Shown: in pieces, positions 56,551-64,000 of the stretch
How positions within the stretch are numbered: the stretch's first letter is position 1
Layout: every line of letters begins with the position of its first letter
Virus record (IMG/VR): IMGVR_UViG_3300014205_000017
Location: 6,331 to 70,330 of that record
From: a virus
Taxonomy: Duplodnaviria > Caudoviricetes
Reading direction: 5' to 3' (one strand)
DNA: 64,000 nt
Position numbers and translations under genes: made by a program
The notes under the pieces: model-generated
The model's input: only the letters and a program-made list of their open reading frames with translations
Told to the model about the DNA's origin: nothing
Databases searched by the model: none

Positions 56551-56627
56551 GTGAACATCAGCCAGTACAGGACCATAACAATCACGATGGTTTGGCAGAT
56601 TGTCTCTGTAGACTTATCGGTGATCAT
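56547..56627 (-). CDS. 26-aa single-TM peptide (not in ORF track)
   Basis: MITDKSTETICQTIVIVMVLYWLMFT; TGATG and GTGA coupling on both sides, GGAGG RBS. Confidence 0.6.
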   Translation of the reverse strand: MITDKSTETICQTIVIVMVLYWLMFT

Positions 56628-57559
56628 CACTCGCCCTCCGTCTTGTCGTAGCGCACCAAAGCATAGCGCGGCTCACGCAGCAGGCCGTTGGTGGATTCGC
56701 CGAGTGCGTGGACTTCGATGATTGAGCCGATGCCGCCATCTTTGGTGCTCTTGTCATCCCAGATGTCCTGGCGCTGTTTGGTAGTCAGCTTGCCTCCGCC
56801 CACCAGCTGCGGCTTGCCCTTGTAGGTGCATTCGTAGGCGCCGAGCATGCCCAGAAACTTGCCCTTGCCTTCCACCAGGCCTGTGACCTTCAGATCAGCA
56901 GTAAACAGAGCCTTATCCTTGATGTTGAACCCGTCAGAGCCACCACCGGCGATCCACGCGCCGTGTCGAGCTTTGCGCATGAAGCCGTCGATGGCGAACA
57001 CGCATTTGTGAACGTCTTGCTGGACTTCGACGTGGGCGACGCATGCCGCTTTCGTATTGGCGGTGAAGGCCACGTCGAACAGGTTGCCGAATGCGAAGGT
57101 GCGAAAGGCAAACAGAAGTTCTGCAAGTCGCTCTTGACGGCTTTCATAGCACATGGAGTAGGTGCCGGCGATGAAGTTCTGCAAAGGCACCCAATCAAAC
57201 ATGATGGCCTTCAGCAGTCGCGCATCGTCAGCTTCATAGCCGCGACGGAAATCACCGTTCATTACGCTGTGGATTGCGTCCGGTCGCCATGCCTCAGCGA
57301 ATACGACATAGTTGTCGAGGGCCAGGGCCTCCATCGCACGCAGTTGGCGATCCATAGCGCCCGCGACCTGCTCGCCTTGTCGGGAGAAGGCGTAGGCACG
57401 GCCTGAAGCCTTGATCAGGATGGCGTGACAACCGTCGTACTTAACCTGCCACAAGTCGTCGGTTCGGGCGTTGGCCTCTGCCAGCTTTCCACCAGACAAG
57501 TTGCGCGGCTCGATTGCCTTGTGGACCAGGTGCTTGCGGGGTGGCATCAAAAAGTTCAT
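56627..57559 (-). CDS. lig: ATP-dependent DNA ligase
   Basis: motif I KYDG, VFAEA, MFD, DG.MRK, OB domain EG.GKF.G.LGA. Confidence 0.9.
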   Translation of the reverse strand: MNFLMPPRKHLVHKAIEPRNLSGGKLAEANARTDDLWQVKYDGCHAILIKASGRAYAFSRQGEQVAGAMDRQLRAMEALALDNYVVFAEAWRPDAIHSVMNGDFRRGYEADDARLLKAIMFDWVPLQNFIAGTYSMCYESRQERLAELLFAFRTFAFGNLFDVAFTANTKAACVAHVEVQQDVHKCVFAIDGFMRKARHGAWIAGGGSDGFNIKDKALFTADLKVTGLVEGKGKFLGMLGAYECTYKGKPQLVGGGKLTTKQRQDIWDDKSTKDGGIGSIIEVHALGESTNGLLREPRYALVRYDKTEGE

Positions 57560-57582
57560 TCTTGTTCACTCTGAGGTCAAAG

Positions 57583-57606
57583 AAAAGCCCGGACAAACCG
57601 GGCTTT
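57583..57606 (-). terminator. intrinsic terminator
   Basis: AAAGCCCGG/CCGGGCTTT. Confidence 0.7.
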
Positions 57607-57623
57607 GTTTGGATGAGACTAGT

Positions 57624-58172
57624 TTAACCTGCCAGGCCCAGTTCCGCTACTGCTGATTCATAGCGCTCGTCAGTTGACTTGATGAACACGCCGTTGTACA
57701 TGACGCCTTTCCGGTCCTTGATCTCACCATAGGAGTGTTCCAGACAGGCGTTGATGTCGAAGCCGTGACGACGTGCCGCGATGGTCAGCAGGAAGGCCAG
57801 GTGGCCCAGCTCTTCAAGTGCCTTTTCATCCTGGCCTTTGGCAAGCGCATCGCCGATGGCGCCAAGCACAACGAACAGCATCAGGTCCGCGTTGGGGTGG
57901 ACATACGACGTATCAGCAACAGTCGCGGCCAGCATCAGCGCTTCGATATCATGGCCCAGTTGCTTGGCCATGATAGTACACACCACGAATGCGTCGCCGA
58001 GGCCGTCCAGAATTTCCTTGCGGTCGCCGGTGACGACGCCCAACGCCCATTCACTCAGCTCGCTGGACAACTTGAAGAACTGGTCCTTGGCAGTCGCGCC
58101 ACCGATGATGTTGCGGGCGATGCCCCAGGCCACGATGAGTTCCAGGATTGCTGCGTTCAGGATAGAGCCCAT
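57624..58172 (-). CDS. MazG-like pyrophosphatase (dNTP pyrophosphohydrolase-type)
   Basis: W...RN.....Q..KL..E..E...D.LGD..V...C....Y.EIKDRKG....G.F.K. Confidence 0.8.
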   Translation of the reverse strand: MGSILNAAILELIVAWGIARNIIGGATAKDQFFKLSSELSEWALGVVTGDRKEILDGLGDAFVVCTIMAKQLGHDIEALMLAATVADTSYVHPNADLMLFVVLGAIGDALAKGQDEKALEELGHLAFLLTIAARRHGFDINACLEHSYGEIKDRKGVMYNGVFIKSTDERYESAVAELGLAG

Positions 58173-58693
58173 TATTTCATTTCCTTATTCGGATTGGAGA
58201 TTTGGTTGTAAGAGGATTCGCAGGCCGTGCCGCGAATTATGGCTTGGTCAGCCGTTCTTGCCATAATGCCCGCTGCGTCGTCAGCCAGCTTGAACAACTC
58301 GGCATACATTCCGGCTGCCTTGGTAGCTGCTTTGCTTGCGTCGGTAGCGCACGCACTGAGGCGACTTTGACTAGCGACCAATCGGGCGTAGGCGTCGTCT
58401 GATGCGCGCTGCAGGACGCTAGAACGCTTGTCAGAAGCATCAGCGTCAGCACGCGCAACGTCGATTGCGATCTGGCCATGTTCGGATACCTTTGCTAGGA
58501 AAAAGTCATTACCATCTTGAATCGCCTTCTGATCGGCTTGCACCTTTACAGTCGCGGCGAGGTCATCGATGATATGGGCGTCCCACTTCTTTTGCCAGTC
58601 AGCACCGGTCAACCGAGCGCTAATCTGCCAGCTGGCAGATGAAGCTGCGATAGCCACGATACCAAGGAAAATGAGCATGGGGTTCATAATCAC
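58172..58693 (-). CDS. rz: i-spanin (Rz-like, DUF2514 type)
   Basis: N-terminal TM, coiled coil, C-terminal A..AD.A..RG.ACE..Y. Confidence 0.8.
   Translation of the reverse strand: MIMNPMLIFLGIVAIAASSASWQISARLTGADWQKKWDAHIIDDLAATVKVQADQKAIQDGNDFFLAKVSEHGQIAIDVARADADASDKRSSVLQRASDDAYARLVASQSRLSACATDASKAATKAAGMYAELFKLADDAAGIMARTADQAIIRGTACESSYNQISNPNKEMK
58237..58479 (-). CDS. rz1: o-spanin lipoprotein (Rz1-like), embedded in the i-spanin gene
   Basis: signal II with lipobox LAS-C; Pro-rich mature part; alternative frame inside rz. Confidence 0.8.
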   Translation of the reverse strand: MARSQSTLRVLTLMLLTSVLASCSAHQTTPTPDWSLVKVASVRALPTQAKQLPRQPECMPSCSSWLTTQRALWQERLTKP

Positions 58694-58697
58694 CTCG

Positions 58698-58724
58698 AAA
58701 AGAAAGCCGTCACGAATGACGGCT
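58698..58724 (-). terminator. intrinsic terminator
   Basis: AGCCGTCA/TGACGGCT followed by TTTCTTTT on the minus strand. Confidence 0.65.
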
Positions 58725-58741
58725 CAGGTTATTGGATCAGA

Positions 58742-59635
58742 TCAGAACGAGCCAGCTTCTTGCGGCTCACCGACATCGCCAGCAGCCGGGGTGTCGGCCT
58801 TGGAGAAGTCAGCCTTGGCTTCACCAGAGTGGACGATTTTGTAGAACTCTTTGGCCGCGTCGAAGTGGGCACGGTTGAGAACCATGCCGTCCAGCTCAAA
58901 GTTGATCGCTGACCAGCTGCCTTTGTCGTTGGACATGCCGGTGGTGGTGACCTTGACCATGTTGGCGAAGGTCGGTGGCGTTTTCATGGTATCGCCGAAC
59001 TTGACCTTTTTCTGGCTCAGGGCAGTCATCAGCTTTTTCGACGACTTGATCTGGGTGGAGGCCAGACCCAGGATGGCGGTGCCGAATTCGCCAGTTTCCG
59101 GGTTAACGGTCAGAACGTAGTGCGAACGGGTGTCAGCAAAGTAGTCGTTCTTTTTCTCGTTGACCGAGCCGTCTTCATTCGGCACATACATGCGACCTTC
59201 GACGGTGACCAGCTTGGTCGGATCCAGCTTCAGAGCTTCGACCTGGTCAACGGTGAATTCGCCTTTGTAGCCGCCGTCACCTTCACGACCGCCCCAGCAG
59301 ATGAACGAGCGCTTGTAGTAGCAAGGGATGATGTACAGGCCCTTTTTGCCATCGAACAGCTCACCGGTGACGGTGTTGTAGAGCATGCCAGCCTTCGCGC
59401 CAGGGATGTATTCGGCGCTGTCTTCATCGACTTTCGGCGACATTTTCTGGAGGATTTGGATGAACGGGATTGCGAACGAATCCTGGTCAGCACCTTCCAT
59501 GCCGGCGCCGTCGAAGTCGCTGGCATCCATGAAGCCAAGATCAGCGGCCAGCGCCAGATCTTTCTGTTCCTGGGTCACAACGCCCTTGCCTTCTTCAACA
59601 GTTTCGGCGGTTTTAGCAGCGGTTTTAGCAGTCAT
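58742..59635 (-). CDS. putative single-stranded DNA-binding protein
   Basis: IPF.QILQ.MSP...YI.GA..G...NTVT pattern, acidic C-terminal tail, strong codon bias. Confidence 0.6.
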   Translation of the reverse strand: MTAKTAAKTAETVEEGKGVVTQEQKDLALAADLGFMDASDFDGAGMEGADQDSFAIPFIQILQKMSPKVDEDSAEYIPGAKAGMLYNTVTGELFDGKKGLYIIPCYYKRSFICWGGREGDGGYKGEFTVDQVEALKLDPTKLVTVEGRMYVPNEDGSVNEKKNDYFADTRSHYVLTVNPETGEFGTAILGLASTQIKSSKKLMTALSQKKVKFGDTMKTPPTFANMVKVTTTGMSNDKGSWSAINFELDGMVLNRAHFDAAKEFYKIVHSGEAKADFSKADTPAAGDVGEPQEAGSF

Positions 59636-59683
59636 GTTCTAGTCTCTCTGTCTTAATAATCGGTTGGGCTTCAACCTGGGGAT

Positions 59684-59712
59684 ATAGTAACTGGTGATTC
59701 AGGCGACGTCTA
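59684..59712 (-). promoter_or_regulatory. promoter TAGACG-17-TACTAT
   Basis: read directly. Confidence 0.6.
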
Positions 59713-60306
59713 CTTCTTTTTCTTCACTACTGGACCTTTGATCTTGGCCTCTTTGAACTCGAACACGCCGATGCTCTCTGGCAAAGGTGCGCCCGCCGCG
59801 AGCTGTTCCTTCACAAAGGACAGAAGGGTTGCCGGGTGAACAGAGCGGTCGAGGTCCGCGCCGATGCCATTGCTCAGCAGCAGAGCTTGGGCCTTCTTGG
59901 CATCTTCCATCTCACCCTTGGTGAAGATCGCGATGACCTTGGTTTTGATGATGCCATCAAAGTTGTGCTCTTCAAGCCAGCGATATGCCTGTGGCTTGTT
60001 GGCCTCGCTGATGGAGGCGTTGACCTTTGGAAGGATGGAGCACACCGAGCCATCGGCCAGCTTGAACTCCATCATGTTGAGCTCAGTCATCAGCTCTGGC
60101 AAAGCGACACGGACGATGGCCTTGTACTTCTCTTGCTCTTCAGCAAGTTCGATGGTCAGGCGGTCCACTTCTTTGGCAAACCCGGTCGCAGTAGCACACA
60201 GATCAGTCAACCGTTGAAGACTGTCAGTGGATGCAGCCGCGCCCAAGTCTTCAAAGAAGTTGATGGGGGCTTCATCGGTCAAGTGACCAGTAACATCGGA
60301 TGTCAT
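59710..60306 (-). CDS. conserved replication-module protein
   Basis: ATG at 60306 with GGAG RBS; LPELM.E...FKL.DG, A..WL.......IIK, VHP.TL. Confidence 0.7.
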   Translation of the reverse strand: MTSDVTGHLTDEAPINFFEDLGAAASTDSLQRLTDLCATATGFAKEVDRLTIELAEEQEKYKAIVRVALPELMTELNMMEFKLADGSVCSILPKVNASISEANKPQAYRWLEEHNFDGIIKTKVIAIFTKGEMEDAKKAQALLLSNGIGADLDRSVHPATLLSFVKEQLAAGAPLPESIGVFEFKEAKIKGPVVKKKK

Positions 60307-60635
60307 AGTTTCAACTCCAGCTCTAGGTATGCTTTGAGGCGCCGGTCCCACTTCAACATCTTGACCGTGCCATGTTTTCGGAACACTTCGCCGGCACACA
60401 ACGCGATGACCGTTGGGTCGCCGATTGCCAGCAGATAATCATTCGGCGTGAAGTCGGCCAATACCGTTTTCACCTGAACAATAACTTTATCCATGAACAG
60501 GAGGTCATCGAATTCATCAACGACCTCTTTCAACTGTCCGAATACTTTTGCCTTGCTGAGGTCCAAGGCTTGCATCAGCCTGCCCGCAGTCCTGTCAAGT
60601 CGTCGGACGTTATGTGGTACATATACAGTAGCCAT
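60303..60635 (-). CDS. conserved hypothetical protein
   Basis: DYLL..GDP...LKWDR...Y. Confidence 0.7.
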   Translation of the reverse strand: MATVYVPHNVRRLDRTAGRLMQALDLSKAKVFGQLKEVVDEFDDLLFMDKVIVQVKTVLADFTPNDYLLAIGDPTVIALCAGEVFRKHGTVKMLKWDRRLKAYLELELKL

Positions 60636-60698
60636 CTGAGCCGTCCTTTTAGTGCGTGGGTTGATTATCCCTTATCCCGTAGAATAAGGGAAGCACTT

Positions 60699-62183
60699 TT
60701 AATCCAGAACGGCTGCGGCCACTGCGGACTTCATCATGTTCGACTTCTGGATGGATTCATCCAGCGTGTCCTCTGCGATAAAGTCGATGTACACAACCGT
60801 GTGCTTAGTGCCGATGCGGTGGTTGCGGTCCTCAGACTGCATTCGATGCTCGTTGTCGTTGGAGCACGACACGTACATGCTCAGAGTTGCGGCTGTCAAC
60901 GTGATGCCGATGCCTGCCGCAGACGGGTTGCCGATGAACACCCGGATCTTGCCAGCTTGGAACTCATCGATGATTCGCTCACGTTCCTCCTTGCCAGTCT
61001 TGCCATAGTACAGGGCGGACGTTATGCCCAGATCGTCAAGGACGGCCTTGACCGCAAGAAGCTCCTGCTCATACATCGCCCACACGATGATCTGCGTGGT
61101 CTCATCGCGCTCCATCGCAATCTCAACCTGGTCCTTGAACGCTGCCATTCGCGGGTTGTCGCCTGGTGGCAGCAGAATAGGTTCGCCATGGATGTTGATG
61201 AAGCCGGATGTGACCTGCTTCATTTTGGTCCGGGCGGCGATGGCCTCAAACGACACGTCCTCCAGGTAGTCGTCATGCTCCATCAGGTAGCTGTATTCCA
61301 TCTTCAGCTCGTTGTAAATCTTGCGCTGGTTCGGAGTAAGCTCAAAGTTGACCGTCTTGTAGACCTTTGCTGGCAGATCCAGACATTCAGCCTTTGTAAC
61401 CCGGTAGCTATGCGGGGCTATAAGGGCGCGTAAGCGGTCTAGGTTACGGTACTGTGGGTTACCATCCTCGTCACGTGCAACGATCTGAGGCACGCCGTGG
61501 GCGCCCGTCTTGCGCATGATAGCGACCAGCTGAGGGTGGCCTGGCTCCAGCAGAACTGCAAACGTCGCGTTGAACGCCCGGAATGAAGTGGTGCCCAACA
61601 GACCTGGCTTGAGGAAGTTGAACTGCATGAACAAGTCAGTTGGAGCTTTGGTGATTGGTGATCCTGACAGGATGCGCCGAGCCGTTGCGAGCAGGCCCAA
61701 CTTGCACACCTTCTTGGAGCGCTTGGCCTCTGGACTTTTGATCCGCGTCGATTCGTCAACGATGGCCATTACGTTGTAGGCGATCAGGAAGCGCTCAACA
61801 GCAGCATAGCCGTTTGGCGAATTGAGCGCTTCAACGTTGATGGTGAAGATTCGGAACGGCTCCTTGCCCGGCTCATAGTGGGTGCGATACATGCGCTCCA
61901 CATCTTCTTTGGCCTTCTTGGTGGACGGGGTGCCGCGCCAGATGTAGCAAAGGCTGGGCACTTCAAGGTGCGTCGGAATCTCGCGGCGAACCCAGTTGGA
62001 GTGGACACCGTTTGGCGCGATGACCAAGACTGCGTTAATTTTGCCAGCAAGCCAGCAACGTTCAGCGTCTGCCAGCGCGAGCCAAGTTTTGCCTGTGCCC
62101 TGCTCCATGAGGAAGGCAAAATTGCGCTTCCCTTCGCAACGCTCAAGGCCTGTGATCTGGTGGCCCATCGGTTTGGTTTTCAT
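60699..62183 (-). CDS. SNF2-family (SF2) DNA helicase
   Basis: MEQGTGKT, IVDEST, LSGSP, GIGITL, QSEDRNHRIG. Confidence 0.92.
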   Translation of the reverse strand: MKTKPMGHQITGLERCEGKRNFAFLMEQGTGKTWLALADAERCWLAGKINAVLVIAPNGVHSNWVRREIPTHLEVPSLCYIWRGTPSTKKAKEDVERMYRTHYEPGKEPFRIFTINVEALNSPNGYAAVERFLIAYNVMAIVDESTRIKSPEAKRSKKVCKLGLLATARRILSGSPITKAPTDLFMQFNFLKPGLLGTTSFRAFNATFAVLLEPGHPQLVAIMRKTGAHGVPQIVARDEDGNPQYRNLDRLRALIAPHSYRVTKAECLDLPAKVYKTVNFELTPNQRKIYNELKMEYSYLMEHDDYLEDVSFEAIAARTKMKQVTSGFINIHGEPILLPPGDNPRMAAFKDQVEIAMERDETTQIIVWAMYEQELLAVKAVLDDLGITSALYYGKTGKEERERIIDEFQAGKIRVFIGNPSAAGIGITLTAATLSMYVSCSNDNEHRMQSEDRNHRIGTKHTVVYIDFIAEDTLDESIQKSNMMKSAVAAAVLD

Positions 62184-62596
62184 TAAAGGGCTTCCAAAAA
62201 TTCGATGATTTCATTTGGCGTGCCGTACACCAGCGCGGCACCCTCAATATCTGCTTTCGTGTACGTCTTGTCCAAGTCCATGAAAGGACGCAGCAAAAGG
62301 TACACGCGACCCACTCTCAGCAGTACGAATGCATTACCATTCCAGCCGGTACGCCATGAGCAAAGGAATCCCAGCTGACCCTTCTCAAACTTGCCCCTGA
62401 GCGGTATGGTCGTGGCACGGGCTGGCCAAGTCTCCAGGGCCTTCAGCTCAAGCCAAAAGACGGCCCCGTCACGGTTGATCGCGATGACGTCAGGCATGGC
62501 TTCTCCGACCATGTTCTCAATCCTGTTAAGGTCCAGGCGACCTTCGGCGTGCTTCTTGAAAGCGTCATACGCCTTCTGTTCTTTGAACCTAGCCAT
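62183..62596 (-). CDS. PD-(D/E)XK nuclease (VRR-NUC/resolvase-like)
   Basis: RIEN....MPDV......WLELK. Confidence 0.8.
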   Translation of the reverse strand: MARFKEQKAYDAFKKHAEGRLDLNRIENMVGEAMPDVIAINRDGAVFWLELKALETWPARATTIPLRGKFEKGQLGFLCSWRTGWNGNAFVLLRVGRVYLLLRPFMDLDKTYTKADIEGAALVYGTPNEIIEFLEAL

Positions 62597-64000
62597 CGAT
62601 GCCGATCCTTTTGATGTTCTTGATGATGTACATGTCGAGGCCGCTCAGTTTCCAGCCGCGAATAAGGAACCACGCGCCATTCGGAGCGTTCTCAGCAATA
62701 TCCTTGCCCATCGCCTTGAAGTTGGCCGGACGGATTCGGAATCGCATAGGACTGTCTGTGCTGTCATCGACCATCATAAGGTCGATGAATTGCGAGTCGC
62801 CCTTGAAGACTTTGCCACCGCGTTTCTTGATTCGGATTGGCTCGTTTTCATCGGCCAAAACTTTCTTGGTCAGCTTGGCGATCACGATGCCGTCATCACC
62901 GTCTTTGGTCTCCTTCATGCCGATGATCTTTTGGCCGTTGAGGACGTTTAGCAGGCGAGGGTTGTCATAGTAGTGCTGGAAAAGCGTGTGGGCAGGCGAC
63001 AGGTCTGAATACTGAATCTCAGAGTTGGCCAGCTTCAACTTTTGCTTCTCGGTCAGCGTGCCGGCCTTTCGGGCCTCGACATATCGCATGGCAGTCACAG
63101 GACCATAGCCCTTGGCATTCATGATTCCGCCGATCAGTCGGCCATCTGCCACCTTCCAGTTCATGTCAGAGAATTCTGGATCGATGGGCGTGTATCCAAT
63201 ACCCTCCTTGGCGAACTCCCGAAGGATCGCGACAACCTGGTTGTCATCCTTCGCCGAGCGCAAGCACGCAGCAGCAAACTCAAGCGGGTGATAGCACTTC
63301 ATCCACAAGGTCCAGTATGTAACGATGGCATACGACACAGAGTGGGACTTGTTGAAGCCCCAAGCGCCGAACGTCATCATGTCATTCCAGATCTTCGCGG
63401 CGATGGTCTCATCAACGCCATTAGTGGCCGCGCCGACGATGAACTCACTACGCAACTGGTTGAAGAACTCTTCACCTTTCCGACCGCTGATGGCCTTACG
63501 GATAAAGGAAGTCTTTACCCAGTCAAAGTTGCCAATCTCCTTCACCACCTGCATGATCTGCTCTTGGTAAAGGAACACGCCGAAGGTGTTGCCCAGGTAC
63601 TTCTCCATCAGCGGGTGGTCGTATGTAATCTGCTCCTTGCCAGACGCACGGACGATGTATTTCTGCGCCATGCCGGACGAAAGCGGACCTGGACGGGCGA
63701 GGGCCGTCAGGTTGTCGATCTTTGAGAAGCTATCGACGTTAACCGAGCGCGTGACAGATCGAACGGCATCGCCTTCAAATTGGAATATGCCGCTGACCTT
63801 GTCATCATTCAGAATCTTCAGAACGGCAGGATCATCCATCTTCAGCGCGTACAGCTCATCGGCTGAGGTCACGCCAGAGTCGTCGATCACGCCAAGAGTC
63901 CGCAGCCCCAGGGCGTCGATCTTGAGCAGGTTGAGATACTCAGAGTCAGGCTTATCGAGTTGGGCAACGCCTTCAGCGTTCACGGTGCAATAGTCTGTGA
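62589..64000 (-). CDS. dnaE: DNA polymerase III alpha-type (family C) polymerase, 5' part outside the window
   Basis: LLKID.LGLRTL, GIFQFE, ALARPGP, YQEQ.M, FNKSH...Y...Y...W.K. Confidence 0.95.
   Translation of the reverse strand, partial: TDYCTVNAEGVAQLDKPDSEYLNLLKIDALGLRTLGVIDDSGVTSADELYALKMDDPAVLKILNDDKVSGIFQFEGDAVRSVTRSVNVDSFSKIDNLTALARPGPLSSGMAQKYIVRASGKEQITYDHPLMEKYLGNTFGVFLYQEQIMQVVKEIGNFDWVKTSFIRKAISGRKGEEFFNQLRSEFIVGAATNGVDETIAAKIWNDMMTFGAWGFNKSHSVSYAIVTYWTLWMKCYHPLEFAAACLRSAKDDNQVVAILREFAKEGIGYTPIDPEFSDMNWKVADGRLIGGIMNAKGYGPVTAMRYVEARKAGTLTEKQKLKLANSEIQYSDLSPAHTLFQHYYDNPRLLNVLNGQKIIGMKETKDGDDGIVIAKLTKKVLADENEPIRIKKRGGKVFKGDSQFIDLMMVDDSTDSPMRFRIRPANFKAMGKDIAENAPNGAWFLIRGWKLSGLDMYIIKNIKRIGIDG

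Noticed and set aside
1-64000. tRNA, rRNA, CRISPR array, integrase/att, IS element, intron, intein, DGR
   Set aside because: No cloverleaf or T-loop consensus, no regularly spaced repeat-spacer array, no recombinase, transposase, RT or homing nuclease seen by eye; helicases and terL are uninterrupted. A tRNAscan/Infernal run would be definitive.

Overview
The window is most of a lytic myovirus genome with PB1/Pbunavirus-like (Lindbergviridae-type) architecture. The host is probably a Pseudomonas-like proteobacterium, which is inference from gene content only. Both window ends fall in the DNA-replication module: a RecD/Dda-like helicase on the left and a truncated DnaE-type polymerase on the right. 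This suggests a circularly permuted assembly with a few kb missing. Layout: RepB-like primase and VirE-type helicase (1.9-6.7 kb); small early ORFs; a 0.9-kb non-coding region before terS; a long leftward early/accessory region driven by sigma70-like TAGACN-17-TATAAT promoters, interrupted by a rightward glycine-zipper cassette and by terL; a complete head-neck-contractile-tail module (31-55 kb); GH19 endolysin; then a leftward ligase, MazG-like protein, embedded spanin pair, SSB-like protein, SNF2 helicase, nuclease and DnaE. I found no tRNA, CRISPR array, integrase, intron or intein. Four things are not explained by the gene list. (1) A ~290-bp non-coding element is present twice, 23.7 kb apart (49/50 identical core, hairpin, iteron-like TATACCGG repeats). 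(2) The first copy is centred on a 24-bp palindrome between mirror-image GT-rich and CA-rich flanks. (3) A highly codon-biased glycine-zipper/Gln-rich two-gene cassette. (4) A PPase-like (InPase) domain fused to the portal. Family assignments come from motif recognition, not database searches.
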